Program-made: the position numbers and the translations under genes | Notes under the pieces: model-generated | Told to the model about the DNA's origin: nothing | The model's database searches: none | The model's input: only the letters and a program-made list of their open reading frames with translations | In this document: positions 37,901 to 49,785 of the stretch, piece by piece | How the letters are laid out: the number at the start of each line of letters is the position of its first letter | How positions within the stretch are numbered: the first letter of the stretch is position 1 | Source of the DNA: Takakia lepidozioides | Lineage: Eukaryota > Plantae > Bryophyta | DNA length: 64,000 bases | Assembly: GCA_030704615.1 (NCBI GenBank) | Contig: CM060734.1 | Location: 12,772,001-12,836,000, forward strand | Direction: 5' to 3'

Positions 37901-40900
37901 TTCTAATCATGGACGCTATAATTACACCCTAAGCTCCTAATCCAGGTGAATTCAAATTCTCGCTTAAGAATGACTCAGACAAAGAAGTGAATGTCGTCAA
38001 CGACATTCAATTTGGATCTATGATTACAATCCTTATGAAGCCAAATTATTTCCCAAAAAGTGCAGTAGAGTTTCCAGTATGATATTGCACCTGTACACAA
38101 CTCGCATCATGGCACACTCTCTTCCAACCTGACTGTCAAAGTCGTTGGACCGTAAAATGTTACCATCTTTGGAGAACTCCCGGAAAAAACAGTATCTCCA
38201 GGTGAGACCTCTCCACTTCCTTATGTATGCCTCCAATGACATTTGGGGAGGGGAAACAATCGAAATATTCAAGTCCTTCAAAGTTTGATCCAGCACAATG
38301 ACGACGTGCTTTTCGAGCTGCAAATTGTATATTTGTCAGTATTGCAAATAAGATACTCATCACATAATTGAAGAAAAGAAAACGGCTTATTTGAATACAA
38401 CCTGACTCCAAAATGTAGCCTGTGGGAGCCAGTTATCAAACACCAAATCACTGATTCCTTCCACCTTTGTGCCAAGCTGTATGGTGCTTTTGGGAACTGA
38501 TTCAAGTCCTTTACTGTCTGATCTGAGTTCCATATCTAGCCACCTTATTTTTGTTTGTGGGTCGACCATGGATATGGCCAGCCGGTGCAATTTCTCCTGC
38601 TGCATCTCCGGATGCACATGCTTGTCATAGTGAGATTTGATCTGCTGAAGGAACTCAGAACCAAGTCCAGGATCTACTATTCTAAGCTGCTTTCCGAAGG
38701 CGGACATCAATTTGGTTCTTCGCATTTCAAACTCCTTTTTTATTGTTGCTTCCACACCCTTTGATGTCCTTAGTTCCTCTGGTGTAGTGCGGTAATATTC
38801 GGATTTTCCCTTCTCAGCTGCCTCTGCCAGTTCTTGCTGCATTGATTCAAATAGTGATTAGCACCGAAGGGACTAAAACATGTATTCGAAAAGTAAACTG
38901 AGTACAGACTCGGCTTACCGCATACATGTACTCCAGAACACTCTCGAGTCAAAGAATACCAAGTGCCTGCAGCTCTTCCTGTTTCGCACTTCTTGATTAT
39001 ATTGGGGGGGAGTACTGTCCGAAAATCATCCAGCTTCATCAGACCAATCCTCTGAATTCGGAATAGTGTGTGGACCAAGCTTGTTGTCACATGCGATTTC
39101 TCTGTCGATCTGCAAAAACATTGGAAACATTGCATTCCTTAACACTGTTTTTTGAGGACAGACACTACAGAGGGAATGAAGTCTCTAGGATGACTTACTT
39201 GTTCATGTCGTGCATAGCTGTAAGAAGCCTAGCAATGTCGTTTCCTGGATCCAAAACCATTGCCTCCACAGCAACATGCTTGTCTTTGTCTTTCGCATGA
39301 TGTTTCTGAATGTATCCCATCCATGCGAGCAATCGGTGGTTGTCGTCCCAGACGTAGAACATGTGGTTGCAGAATTGCTGGGTGTTTCTTTCCCATCATG
39401 AGGCCCAGCTCGAAACTCCTCATTAGCATCTTTCCAGCACTCATCCCAGGTATCACTGATCTCTGGAGACACTAATGTGCTTTTCCCATTTATATCCGTC
39501 AGTGACACATAAAAAACTTGTGCACCAAGTCTGTATCCATGCACGAAATCACTCTCCAATTTTGTTATGTCATGGGAAAGAGGTGGACGCACAACAAGCA
39601 TAGATATCATCCGGCACAGAGGGATGTCCAGACGCCCTCCAGATACGAGCATGTCCCTTATAACCTCCTGAGAATTTACCTTCTGGAATGACATGAGTTC
39701 TTTCACCTTGTCAAGGTAGTGCACTTCAGATTCATCTGCTTCATCGTTATTCTCTGAGCTTTTTCCAGACTCGTCCCCATCTCCAGATCCTTTCCCCTCT
39801 GATCCTGTAGGCTTGGACCTCACAGTTTTCTGCACGATGCCATTCAAATCTGACTGAGTAATGTGCAAATAGTGAACGACGGTAACGACCATCACTCTGT
39901 CTCATCTCAACTCACAATGAATGGTGTGAAACAAATTCAGAACCATCTACACAAGCAAAGCTGATCCTGCCGAATTCAAACAAAACACTATGATTCTAGG
40001 GACACAAGAACAGAAAGGTTTTGAGCAAGAGCGAACGGCGTTAACGACAATCACAAAAGACAAGGACCTGCCGGATCGGTGTTGTGCAATGACATATATA
40101 TGTAAGTGATTGGCGGCAAAGACATTCAGTATAGTTTAGGGCGGACAGTAAGTGCAGATTATTCAGATTGACTCCATTGTGATGAACATCGCAAGCATTC
40201 ACTGTTTCTTGTCTATGTCGAAAGTACTTTCCAATCGATACTCTACCTGAATCTACAGTATGGTCTTCAAATCTTTGATTGTTTTTCCTCTGTTCAACCT
40301 CAACAAAGAAAATGCATTGAAACATTATGACTGAATATGCCGACCCTCACTCTCTCTTCAAACACATAGGTACATAAATCTCATGAGGAGAATCGAATGG
40401 CGTTAACGACGCTCGCAATTCAGTAGACTTCAATGACATGTTCCTGCTAAAGAAGGGAAGAAGATGAAGGACTGCTTGAAAGGCAATCAGACAGACTGTA
40501 TGATCTGAACAACAGTGAATGACGGTACCGTCAGTCACCCACTCATTGTGAGGTAAACCCTTAACAGAGGAGTAGAAAGCAAATCACCGTTGTTTCATGG
40601 TGATGGTCGGTAGCGACAATCCCTTTCTGGGACATTCCACTCAATCTCTACGCAGATCTTCAACAATGAAATGTAAGTTAGAGAAAACTTACTGGCGCCT
40701 TCTTAGGTTTTGAAATGGATCCCCTTCTGCAGCTTTCCTCTTCCCTCTCACATCTGCTGCTGGAATTTCTGCTCTAGGTTTCTGGACCTTCTCCCGGTTC
40801 AGCGTTCCTCGTACTTCCACCTCCTTCAGTTTCCCTGCGAGTCATCTCTGCATCCACAGGCTGGTTTCCAACGCGCACTGTTATCGCCGACTGTGTCACA

Positions 40901-40995
40901 GCCGCTGCCTCAGTTTCAGTCTGCTCTTGTGAATTAGTCTCCGCGTTCACCTGCTGTCTTGGCCCTGTGTTCTCCAACAAACGACGCCTCGTCAT
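34942..40995 (-). pseudogene. Spliced ParB/Srx-like + beta-class N4/N6 DNA methyltransferase-like fusion gene, copy B
   Basis: IPLCRMISMLVVRP..KLE..GYR..FYVS, then frameshifted FYVWDDNHRLLAW (39333-39347); ADIVILDIPD (36255-36266); EKSLAFMQILLESCSHHSARVVDLSVSTG|ATYHACKAGGRSLFGMEGD across intron 35412-35505. Confidence 0.82.
37200..38030. repeat. Intronic array of the palindrome GAATGTCG-N4-CGACATTC (~315 bp higher-order unit)
   Basis: Copies at 37238, 37344, 37439, 37547, 37661, 37756, 37867 and 37989. Confidence 0.9.
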
Positions 40996-41836
40996 TTGCT
41001 CTCTGCGTCTCTCTCTAAGGGAAGTAAAATAAAGAGACTTTCTTCTCTTTCGTATTGTAGAAGGAACCCTCTCCAGCTTGACTACCACTCTCCCTCTAAG
41101 CGCGAAAAGTAGAAAAACGAAGTGACTCCCGATTTCTTGCGGGATTTGTGCGTTGTTGCTTGTCTCTAGAAGCATCGGATTCCCTCTCGCGTGACCGTTA
41201 CACATAGTGGTTATTAAGTGTGCACATGCCAGCAATTAGTGTACAGCTGTTCGTATTCAGTTATCGATGTCTGACGTGTGTCGCCCAAAATAAACGGCGT
41301 GTTCTTTATTAGAACGGTTTCAATATTTAAAAATAACAGCGAATCCCAGAAATCTTGGCACACAGTCTTAGACAAATATATGTAAATGAACGAGAGTTTG
41401 ATGACAAATTTTGGGATATCATACACGTCATCCTTGTTAGCCAACCCCACGTTCGTTTCACATTTTGAACTTTCCAGGTGCGCATGATCATTGGTAGTAG
41501 TATAAAGATACATTTACTTAATCTGCAATCCCACCCTCAGATCCTGTGGCATGCTTCCAGGAAGTCGGCTTGTTATTGTGTTTATTGATGAGGTTTGATT
41601 AACGGTTTAACAGCTGCCGACATTGCTCCTAGGGATACTCTGACCACTGGGCCCACAAGAAAAGTAATTAAAATGGACGGCTGCATATCTGGAAGGAATA
41701 ACAGAATATGCACAGTCGTCGTCTGAGCTTCCTCCGCCATATTCTCTGCTCATTCTTCAACTGTGTTCTGGAGACATCAGTAAACCGATTTACACTGAAG
41801 GTCTGCGATAGCAAGGTATCAACGTACGGAAGGAAG

Positions 41837-44570
41837 ATGGCTTTCTCTGAAGCGGAGTTCTTCTCTGACGACAAACCAGTGCCGTTCTCCCAGGAAGTCC
41901 TTGACAATGGATTTGCAATTGTTCTGGAACATGTCTTGGCTACCCGTTTTCAGCTTCAGAATGGCTCCATCTTTTTGGAGAAAGAGTGTACGATTTGAAA
42001 GGGAAGTTTGTTGTTACTCTTTCCAAAACCGTGATGAGACGGCTCATGTCAGCCAGTGGAGAGTGCGCCCTGGTCGATACAGAGTACTTGGAGAGCCTCG
42101 GCGAAAGTCCCTTGGGTCATATGTGACGCCCGGGACTGCTGCTGCTTCGGTCGTTGAAGACAAGAGGGAGGTGGTGGTGAAAAAAGAACAGACGTCCTCC
42201 ACTCCAATCGTTGAGCTTTCGGATTCGTCCGATGATGACATAAGTGAAATTCCAAATCCAGTCCTTCCTACTGTGGTTGGGAGAAGCTGATGAAGAAGAG
42301 ATTTGTAGTGTCATTCCAAAACTACGGCGATGGAGGAATGGCTGGATTCAAAAGTGAGTTGCGAGGAATTGATTGGGGAATCTTTGAAGCAGGTGCCTGT
42401 GAAGTTCTTGCCAGAGACTTTTGATGGCGATATCCTATTCGAGCTGCCTCCTCCTCCGCGAGTTGGAGGTGTAACAATCATGATGCATGGAATGGACAAG
42501 AAACACGACGGGCACCCGTGGTGCAGAACAAAAACATCCAATATTCAGAATGATGACAAGCTTGTTTTCAGGAGAACAGTTTGCAATGGACACCTTAGGT
42601 GTGATAATTTGAATTGCAGACACTTTCTTCAGTCTGGGGTTCATAATCAAAGCGAATGGGAGGGTCTGGCGGAAAATCCATTTCAGCCTGGGGACTGCCC
42701 CACCACCGGCAAACACTTTCGTCTGCAAATTCTGCAAACTTGTGCCATCCTGCTTGGCGCTCTGCGGAGCAAGAATGTACTATGTTGTCCACCGTTTGAA
42801 AACAATGACAAGAGCTTGTGTGCATTTCGGATTCCATAACCATCTTGTCTCGAAGGGGGATTACAGGGAGAGTGTTGAGACAATATCGAGGTTGATTAAA
42901 CAGGAGTTCGGGAGAAACCCATCCGCAACAACATCTGCAATTGCTCTTGGCGCAAAGTCCTTCTTGGGAAAGCCATATTTTGAGTGAAGGGGATTCTGTG
43001 GGGACTAAACTTGACGGTGCAGCATTGGACCTGGTCATGGATCATTTCTCCACTTTGAGTTCACCTAACATTCGGCATCAGATCAATGCATTAAGAATGG
43101 GCTCTGGTATCAGAGGCTACATAGACAACATTTTTTCAAAATGACTGTTGGGCAGTGGGGGCAGTGGGGTTAGCCTCGTGAAGCGGATGCAAAAGACTGG
43201 GGACTTGCAGAAGTGTTTTCTTATGTTTGATCATGTGAAACGAGTGAAGGATTGGACGACAATGGCTTGTCATGTCTACGATCCAGTGTACCAACGAGTT
43301 ATGACAATTGCAGTTTGTGACATGCAATCCGAGGATACGGAATCCCAGAAGCTCATGTGGAATTCCCTGATACGTGTCATGGGCTGCCATCTCCAAATTT
43401 TGCAGGTTTCATGGCGGATAGTGCTCAAGCAAATTTCAATGCTGTTCGTATTGTCTTCGGATCGGGCGACCCAAAAGTGCCAATGCGAGGAAAGAGAGCG
43501 TACATGTCTATTCCATTGACACACAATCTCTGGAAAAACATACAAAGTCGGACATCAAACCAGAGATGCAGACTCAGCACCGTAAATTGTGCAAAGAGTA
43601 CAAAGATGCTATAACAATGAAGAAAGAGGCGGACACTTTGTTCCAGACAATTCGTGCCTGGTGGTTCTCTTCTGGAGCTGCATCACTTGAGAATATGAGA
43701 GCATTGGAAGATTGGCTGGCGTTTTGGCACTTCCGGTAAGACAGTGGGGGAGCAGCCATGGCAGTGGTACGAGGCTTATATTTCTTGCTTTATTCATACA
43801 TTTACTTTCCATTTTATTGTCTCCTCGCTTTCTTTATGTTGTTTTCTGTTCACTGTTTTGAAGTGTGGTTCTCCACTTTGCAGAACATGTCCATTGAGGA
43901 AATGGCGGACATGCCATCTTGCAATTTGGCAGAAACTGTGCACAACGCATGGTTGCAGCAATCTGGGAAACGAGGTCGGGATTTGTATGTGGCAACAACA
44001 GATGATTTGATACGTGCCCTTGCAACAACAACCCGATACCGTGATTTCTTGCGAGGTGGGGGATTGGTGGCAAGGGTCCGGACAAATGGGAGTTGATGTT
44101 GCGTGCTGCAAACAGATCTGGGGATCCAATCAAGATAGCACGGGCGGTGAGCATGTATGCCCAGGGAACGCCATTTGTTTCTAGAGTTCCACATCTTGAA
44201 GGGGATGAGAGATTCGGCTCTTGTAAGAGGAAATTGAACACTCCACCTGGTTCGGATTCCGATTCACACAGGGCAGACCGTGATAACTTCTCGAAGCCTC
44301 GTGTTCCCCTGCATGACAGCTCCATGTCCGGAACCTCCATTGTGGAGGAACCTCAACACGACGGCAAGCTCCCAGCATCAAACAGTGCCACTGAAATGGT
44401 GCAAGAGAGAAACAACCCCCTTGATGTGCTTGAGTCCGCATGCCCCGACCACGTTTGGCACATAGAACGCACAAGTGTAGGGTCTCGTGTGAAATGTACA
44501 GCGATCAGGGCAACTAATTTCGAGAAGTGCACTTCATCTATATCCAGAGGTGGTGCCCGAAGCTTCACTC
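41837..44570 (+). pseudogene. Mutator-like DDE transposase with GCM-like domain, copy B
   Basis: DGHPWCRT..CNGHLRCDNLNC..HFGFHNH; FLMFD (43229), FMAD (43417), CLFH (43505), NLAETVH (43932); multiple frameshifts; SWIM region missing. Confidence 0.87.
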
Positions 44571-45759
44571 TTTGTCATTTGTAAGTATCCCAAGACATGC
44601 ATCATGCAAGGCCTCTTGGGTAGGTAAGAACAGCCTGCCATACTACAGATTCAAGACATGTATACACAAGCATCTTGATGGACCAACTTGCAGTTTATTA
44701 GATTCCAAACATGCAACCAAGTGACCCACTTGGGCATGACAAGACAGACTGCAACTTCATTCTACACCATATATATTTGCCCCAAGACATGCATCATGTA
44801 AGGCATTTTGGCATGGAAGGAAGGCCTGCCATGTTACAGATTCAAGATATGGACACACAAACACTTTGAGTGCCCGAGACCAAGCCCACCTGGCCAAAAA
44901 TAAATCATACATTGCAGGTGCCTGGTCTGATAGCAAAATAAGGCAATAATCTCTGGCAAAGGTCCAGTAGAGCTTACCAACACTGTTTTCCAGGAGGTTT
45001 ATGCCAGGTTTTGCAAATAAAACCTCACTATGCTCCATTCCACACAAATTCAGGAAATGCCTGTCATTGCCTTATCAGGCTGCCATCTTTAAAAACAGGG
45101 CCTCCTCTTCCTTAGAACCAAACAGCCATTTATGCCTTACCCATAAATCATAACTCCTCTTTAAGGCCAAAACAGTACCTAGCTTAATAATCCACAGGCA
45201 ATGCTGTCAAAGATTCAAGACAAAGTAAGGTCTAGATGCTGGGCTTCAAGAGACAAGCCTGTCAGGCCGAAGTGCTCCATCAAAGGCAGCAAAACATAAG
45301 TCAAAAGTAAGCATCAGCATGCCAAACCAAGAGCAAATCGGGGCTGCAGGCAGTAAAGACGCCATACACACTAGGTTCTCGTTGCCCACATCCTTATCTG
45401 CAAGCCGATGTCAACTAAGAACCTCAAAAGCAAGAGAGAAAGACATAAAACAAAAGGAACCCTAATCACCAAAAGCACCTTGAGGCTTGAGCGATTGGGG
45501 AAGATAACTGTGCGCCATCGCCACCAGCAAGCCACCTCCAGCACAGCTAAGGAGAAGTGAAGCATACAAGCATCCATGCTAGGTTTAAGAGGGGAGAGAG
45601 AGATACTTCCCAACACAAGCGCCGTTTCGAAAAGTAAAAGCCAGAGGAGGGAAAGAGGCGATGCATTCACAACATTGTCTCCCGCCTGTGAGAAGAGACA
45701 AAACGCCGCCATTGCGCATCCCCAGGAGCTCGTCCAGCATGGGTACGACCTGAGTGCGC

Positions 45760-47555
45760 TCTAAGGGAGAGGGGGTAGCCTTATTGAGAAAGAGGTGTTG
45801 CCTCATTGTCTCCTGGAAAGATGTAGGTTCTGATTTGAGCAAGAAGGGTCTGAATTTATTCCATGCTGACCATATTGAAATCCAAAGGGGTGAACCTATG
45901 GATTTGTGCCTAAACCCTTGAGTTATCCATCTCATAGAGGGTCTCCATTGGGTGTGACTTAGTGGGGAGCTGAGTGAGATGGCCTGCCCTACTAGTAACT
46001 TCCACCAGCCACCCTCCGGTCTCAGGAACCTTGGTATCCATTTTCCCAAGAGTGCCTTGATTTGAGTTGCTGGATCAAGCACTCCCAGGCCTCCTTTTTT
46101 CTTAGGAAGGCAGATTTGTTGCCAAGAGACCTGTGGTCTCTTGTTCTGGGTGGTCGATTGGGCACCCCAAATGGAGTTTCGGATACACTCTTAACCTCCT
46201 CCAGAAATTCAGGGTCAGGCCTCCAGATGGCTGCGAAATACCAGATCGCTGCCTGGAGGATCTGATTTGCAATGAGAGCCCTGTCTGTAATGGTTAGAAA
46301 ATGGGAGCCCCAGTAAGCCAGCTGTCTTTTAAGAGCTGTCAACGTAGGGCCCATTCTCTGCTTGTCTGTGAGGTTGATTCCGAAAGTATGGCCCAAGAGA
46401 GTAGTGGGTTCTCCCTCTTTCAGCCAGACCAGTCCAGTGTCATTTCCCTATGTGGGTATTGATCCTATGGTGGATTTGGATATATCCCCAACCAGAAGGG
46501 CTTTGGTTTTAGACCAATTCACTCTGAAGCCAGATACTTTGCAGAATTGCTCTAGCGTTTTTTCCGCTGCCTGAAGTGTAGATGGAGTGGCATCCAACAG
46601 GAAGGTGTCGTCAACAAACTGCATAGAGTCCTTGACTTGGATTGAAATTTGCGCCATGGGGTTCCTTATGTGCAGCCCTTGAATGGCCAAGTTTCTATCA
46701 AACAAGTAACCTAGGGCGTTGGCTACGAAGAGGAACAGAAATGGGGCAAGTGGGCATCCTTGTCTTACCGATCGGTGAAGTTGAAAAGGCTTAGAGAGAT
46801 GACCGTTAACTATGACCCTACTGGTTAAGTGTTGGAGTAGGATCATGACCCAACTACGGAATGCCTGGGGCAGCCCTACCCTAGCCAGAATCTCCAAAAG
46901 AAAGGTCCAGTCTACTTTATCGAATGCCTTCTCAAAGTCCAACAACCAGAGCGCCAGAGCCTGTCCGGACGTTGTGGCAAAGTAGGCTGCCTCATGAGCC
47001 AGCAGTACATTGTCTAAGATGTATCTCCCCTTAATAAACCCTGTCTGACCCGTCCTGATCAGTGTGGGAAGGAGAGGCTGCAGACGGAGAGCCAGAGTTA
47101 TTTTATAGGCCACATTCATGAGAGTAATTGGTCTATAGTTGTTGATGTCAGCCCTGTCTCCCTTTTTGAACAAGAGAGTTATTACCCCTTGGGCCATAGA
47201 GGAAGGCATGCTCCCCACAGATTTAATCCTATTGGCCATAGCACAGAAGTCCTGGGAAATGTGTGGCCACATTGCCTTGTAGAACTCCACTGGCATGCCG
47301 TCAATATCCGGGGCTTCTTTGTTATTCATTTTGTCTAGGGCCTTCCCGAGCTCAAGAAGAGTGAACTCTGCTTCTAGATCTTGAGAAAGATGAGGCTGAA
47401 GTTTAAGGGGCACCGCCGAGAGAACTTCATCCAAATAAGCACGATGTTGGGGTTCCTTCAGATCTGCTTGGAAGAGCTTGGCAAAGTGGGAGAACGCTGC
47501 CCCGCTCATAATCCTAGGGTCGGAGGATTTAGTGCCCTGGTTATCCATGTATAGC
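45760..47555 (-). mobile_element. Internal fragment of L1-type LINE ORF2 (reverse transcriptase)
   Basis: APDIDGMPVEFY, NYRPITL, QTGFIKGR, LDFEKAFD, VRQGCPLAP, QFVDDT, SGFRVNWSKT; frameshifts downstream. Confidence 0.93.
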
Positions 47556-47639
47556 TCATGCTACAGGTAATCCTGCTGGCACATGCCCAATGCCAGCATT
47601 TTGAATTAGTACTTGAGGCTGATATGATTCAAGGCTGGT

Positions 47640-48080
47640 AACAAGTAATATCAGCAAAATCGATGCCTGAAATAGATGACATGCGGCAGTTCTGAATCAG
47701 AATTTATTGAAAGGACAGACTTCGCCCCCACTGAGTTTATACGATTCTTCATATGCAATCGAGGGAAGAGTGCTCTGATCCTCTTGAGATCCCTGAGAAC
47801 CCTGCTGTTCAGCTCCCAGCAATAGTAATTTGCCTACAGCATCAACATCGTATTACCGTCTTCACAATCCATCCCCCTTCTTGAACAAAATGACAGTGAG
47901 GCCCTCCATCCACCGGAGTGGGATCACTTCTCTCTTCCAAACAAGGTTGAACAGCAGAACCAGGGACTCAAGCTCAGGAACATCCACATACAAGTTGATC
48001 ATATCATATTCAATATGGTCGCAGCCACCAGCTTTATAGTTTTCAATTCCTCAATCGCCTGCCCAACTTCCCAAGAAGTG
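47640..48080 (-). pseudogene. Older, decayed non-LTR RT fragment
   Basis: EVGQAIEELK/YKAGGCDHI..LESLVLLFNLVWKREVIPLRWMEGLTVILFKKGD resembles the region at the start of LINE RT. Confidence 0.55.
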
Positions 48081-49135
48081 AACAATGAGTTTGAGGTGAC
48101 CCAGTCGCATAACGATCTGCGCCATGACCTAGGTAGCTATAGTATCTTGAACTTTTAAGGTCCCTGTTCTCACCTGAGCAATACCCTCGAGCTGAAGCCA
48201 GGAATTTTGCTAGTCAATTGTTGGCATTGCATGTCAAGCTCAGTCTTCAATCTCATTTTCTCCTCTTCTTTGGCTTCAACCTCCAAGTTAACGCTGCGTA
48301 ACTGTTCTAGCCCCAATATTCCCACATAAACATCTGTCAGTAAATGGAACAAGAACTTTCCATGTTCGTGCCATGTTTGTCTTTGGTTTTGGTTTTGGTT
48401 TTGGTTTCTATGGTTCTATAGTTTGATTGTTTTGTGTTGGACCTTTGTGCCTGCCACAATGTGATAAAAAAATTTCGGTCATTTGTGTTTGGTCCATAAC
48501 AAAAAGATGACTTCATTGCCATAAGACTGCATACTGAGTCATGTATATCACAGCCCTTTAATTTCCATTGTTTGATTGCAAAGGTGTGATAAGATATAAA
48601 TTTTTTCTTTTTGTCGAATGCGAAAAAGTGTTGTGTATGTTAGACCATATTTGTTTACACCCTTAGGATCGAACACTAAATAATCCAAAGTTAAACCTTG
48701 GGAACAATGGATAGTTCAAGCGGAAGCCAATTGAATGAGAAATTGGGTTCTGGTAATGATATGTTTCATATTAGATCATATTTGTATTTCTTAAGAAAGA
48801 AAGCTTACGAAACCAGCACTGCACAAAGGTGGAGCACCTTGTAAACTGCCAAATACGTCCACTCCTTAACACAGAATTCCTCTGCCAAGGATGAGCAGCA
48901 GATGTGGAGACATCATACACTGGACACGAGAGAAACACGAAACGATTTGTTGTCTCCACATCTTGCAAGGCAGCTGCGCACCCATCTCTCTGTCTGTGGA
49001 TGCACAGACCATGAAAGCAAAGCACACTACACGACAAATCTTCAAACCGCCTTCGCCGCGTATTTGTTTGAAAAAGTGATCTAATGGATTCGTAAAACAT
49101 TGTCAAATTTTTTTCTTTGTAATTCAAGGAACCTC

Positions 49136-49599
49136 CCTGGCCGCAAGGTTCCCCCGATTTACGGGAAGTTACTTCCGCTTTCGGAAGGGTCCCCCAATTT
49201 CCGGGAAGTACCTTCCGCGTTTGGAAGGGTCCCCCGATTTGCGGGGCAAGGAGCGGGAAATGAAAAATTTCCCAGTTTTTCACGTTGGGGAAGGGTCGTT
49301 CCCAAGGCCCTTCCTGAATTTGAGAGCACCGGCAACGAGGGCGGAGGTTCCCCCGATTTACGGGAAGTTACTTCCGCTTTCGGAAGGGTCCCCCAATTTC
49401 CGGGAAGTACCTTCCGCGTTTGGAAGGGTCCCCCGATTTGCGGGGCAAGGAGCGGGAAATGAAAAATTTCCCAGTTTTTCACGTTGGGGAAGGGTCGTTC
49501 CCACGGCCCTTCCTGAATTTTTGAGCACCCGGAACTCGGGCTCCGCCCTCGTTGCCGGTGCTCTCAAATTCAGGAAGGGCCTTGGGAACGACCCTTCCC
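49136..49599. mobile_element. GC-rich MITE-like element with a 59-bp inverted repeat and an internal 199-bp tandem duplication
   Basis: 49288-49346 is the reverse complement of 49541-49599; ~49146-49325 is repeated 199 bp later; right end CCC|TAA. Confidence 0.7.
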
Positions 49600-49672
49600 T
49601 AATACGGAAATTGCCATGAAATCCATTTCTTATCTATATATAGTCTAACCTCGCTCGAAACGTGTATTGCAT

Positions 49673-49738
49673 GTGCTCGTGCCGGAGTGGTTAACGGGCA
49701 TGACTCGAAATCATGTGGGCTTTATCCTGCCGAGCACG
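49673..49738 (+). tRNA. trnS: tRNA-Ser(CGA) pseudogene with internal deletion
   Basis: Acceptor stem GTGCTCG/CGAGCAC, A-box, anticodon stem CATGA-CTCGAAA-TCATG, oligo-T terminator; about 16 nt including GGTTCGA missing. Confidence 0.85.
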
Positions 49739-49785
49739 CCCTTTTTTCTCTCTATCTATGCTTGTTTTTTCTTTTGAACTTCGAA

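Larger units (their letters stand above)
34942..44570. mobile_element. Mutator-like DNA transposon copy B (diverged relative of A; 3' end of transposase truncated)
   Basis: Same divergent two-gene layout as A; termini not found. Confidence 0.75.

Noticed and set aside
23335-40995. Bacterial or phage contamination as the source of the ParB/MTase genes
   Set aside because: Shared GT-AG introns, nested plant Gypsy insertions and linkage to a eukaryotic transposase
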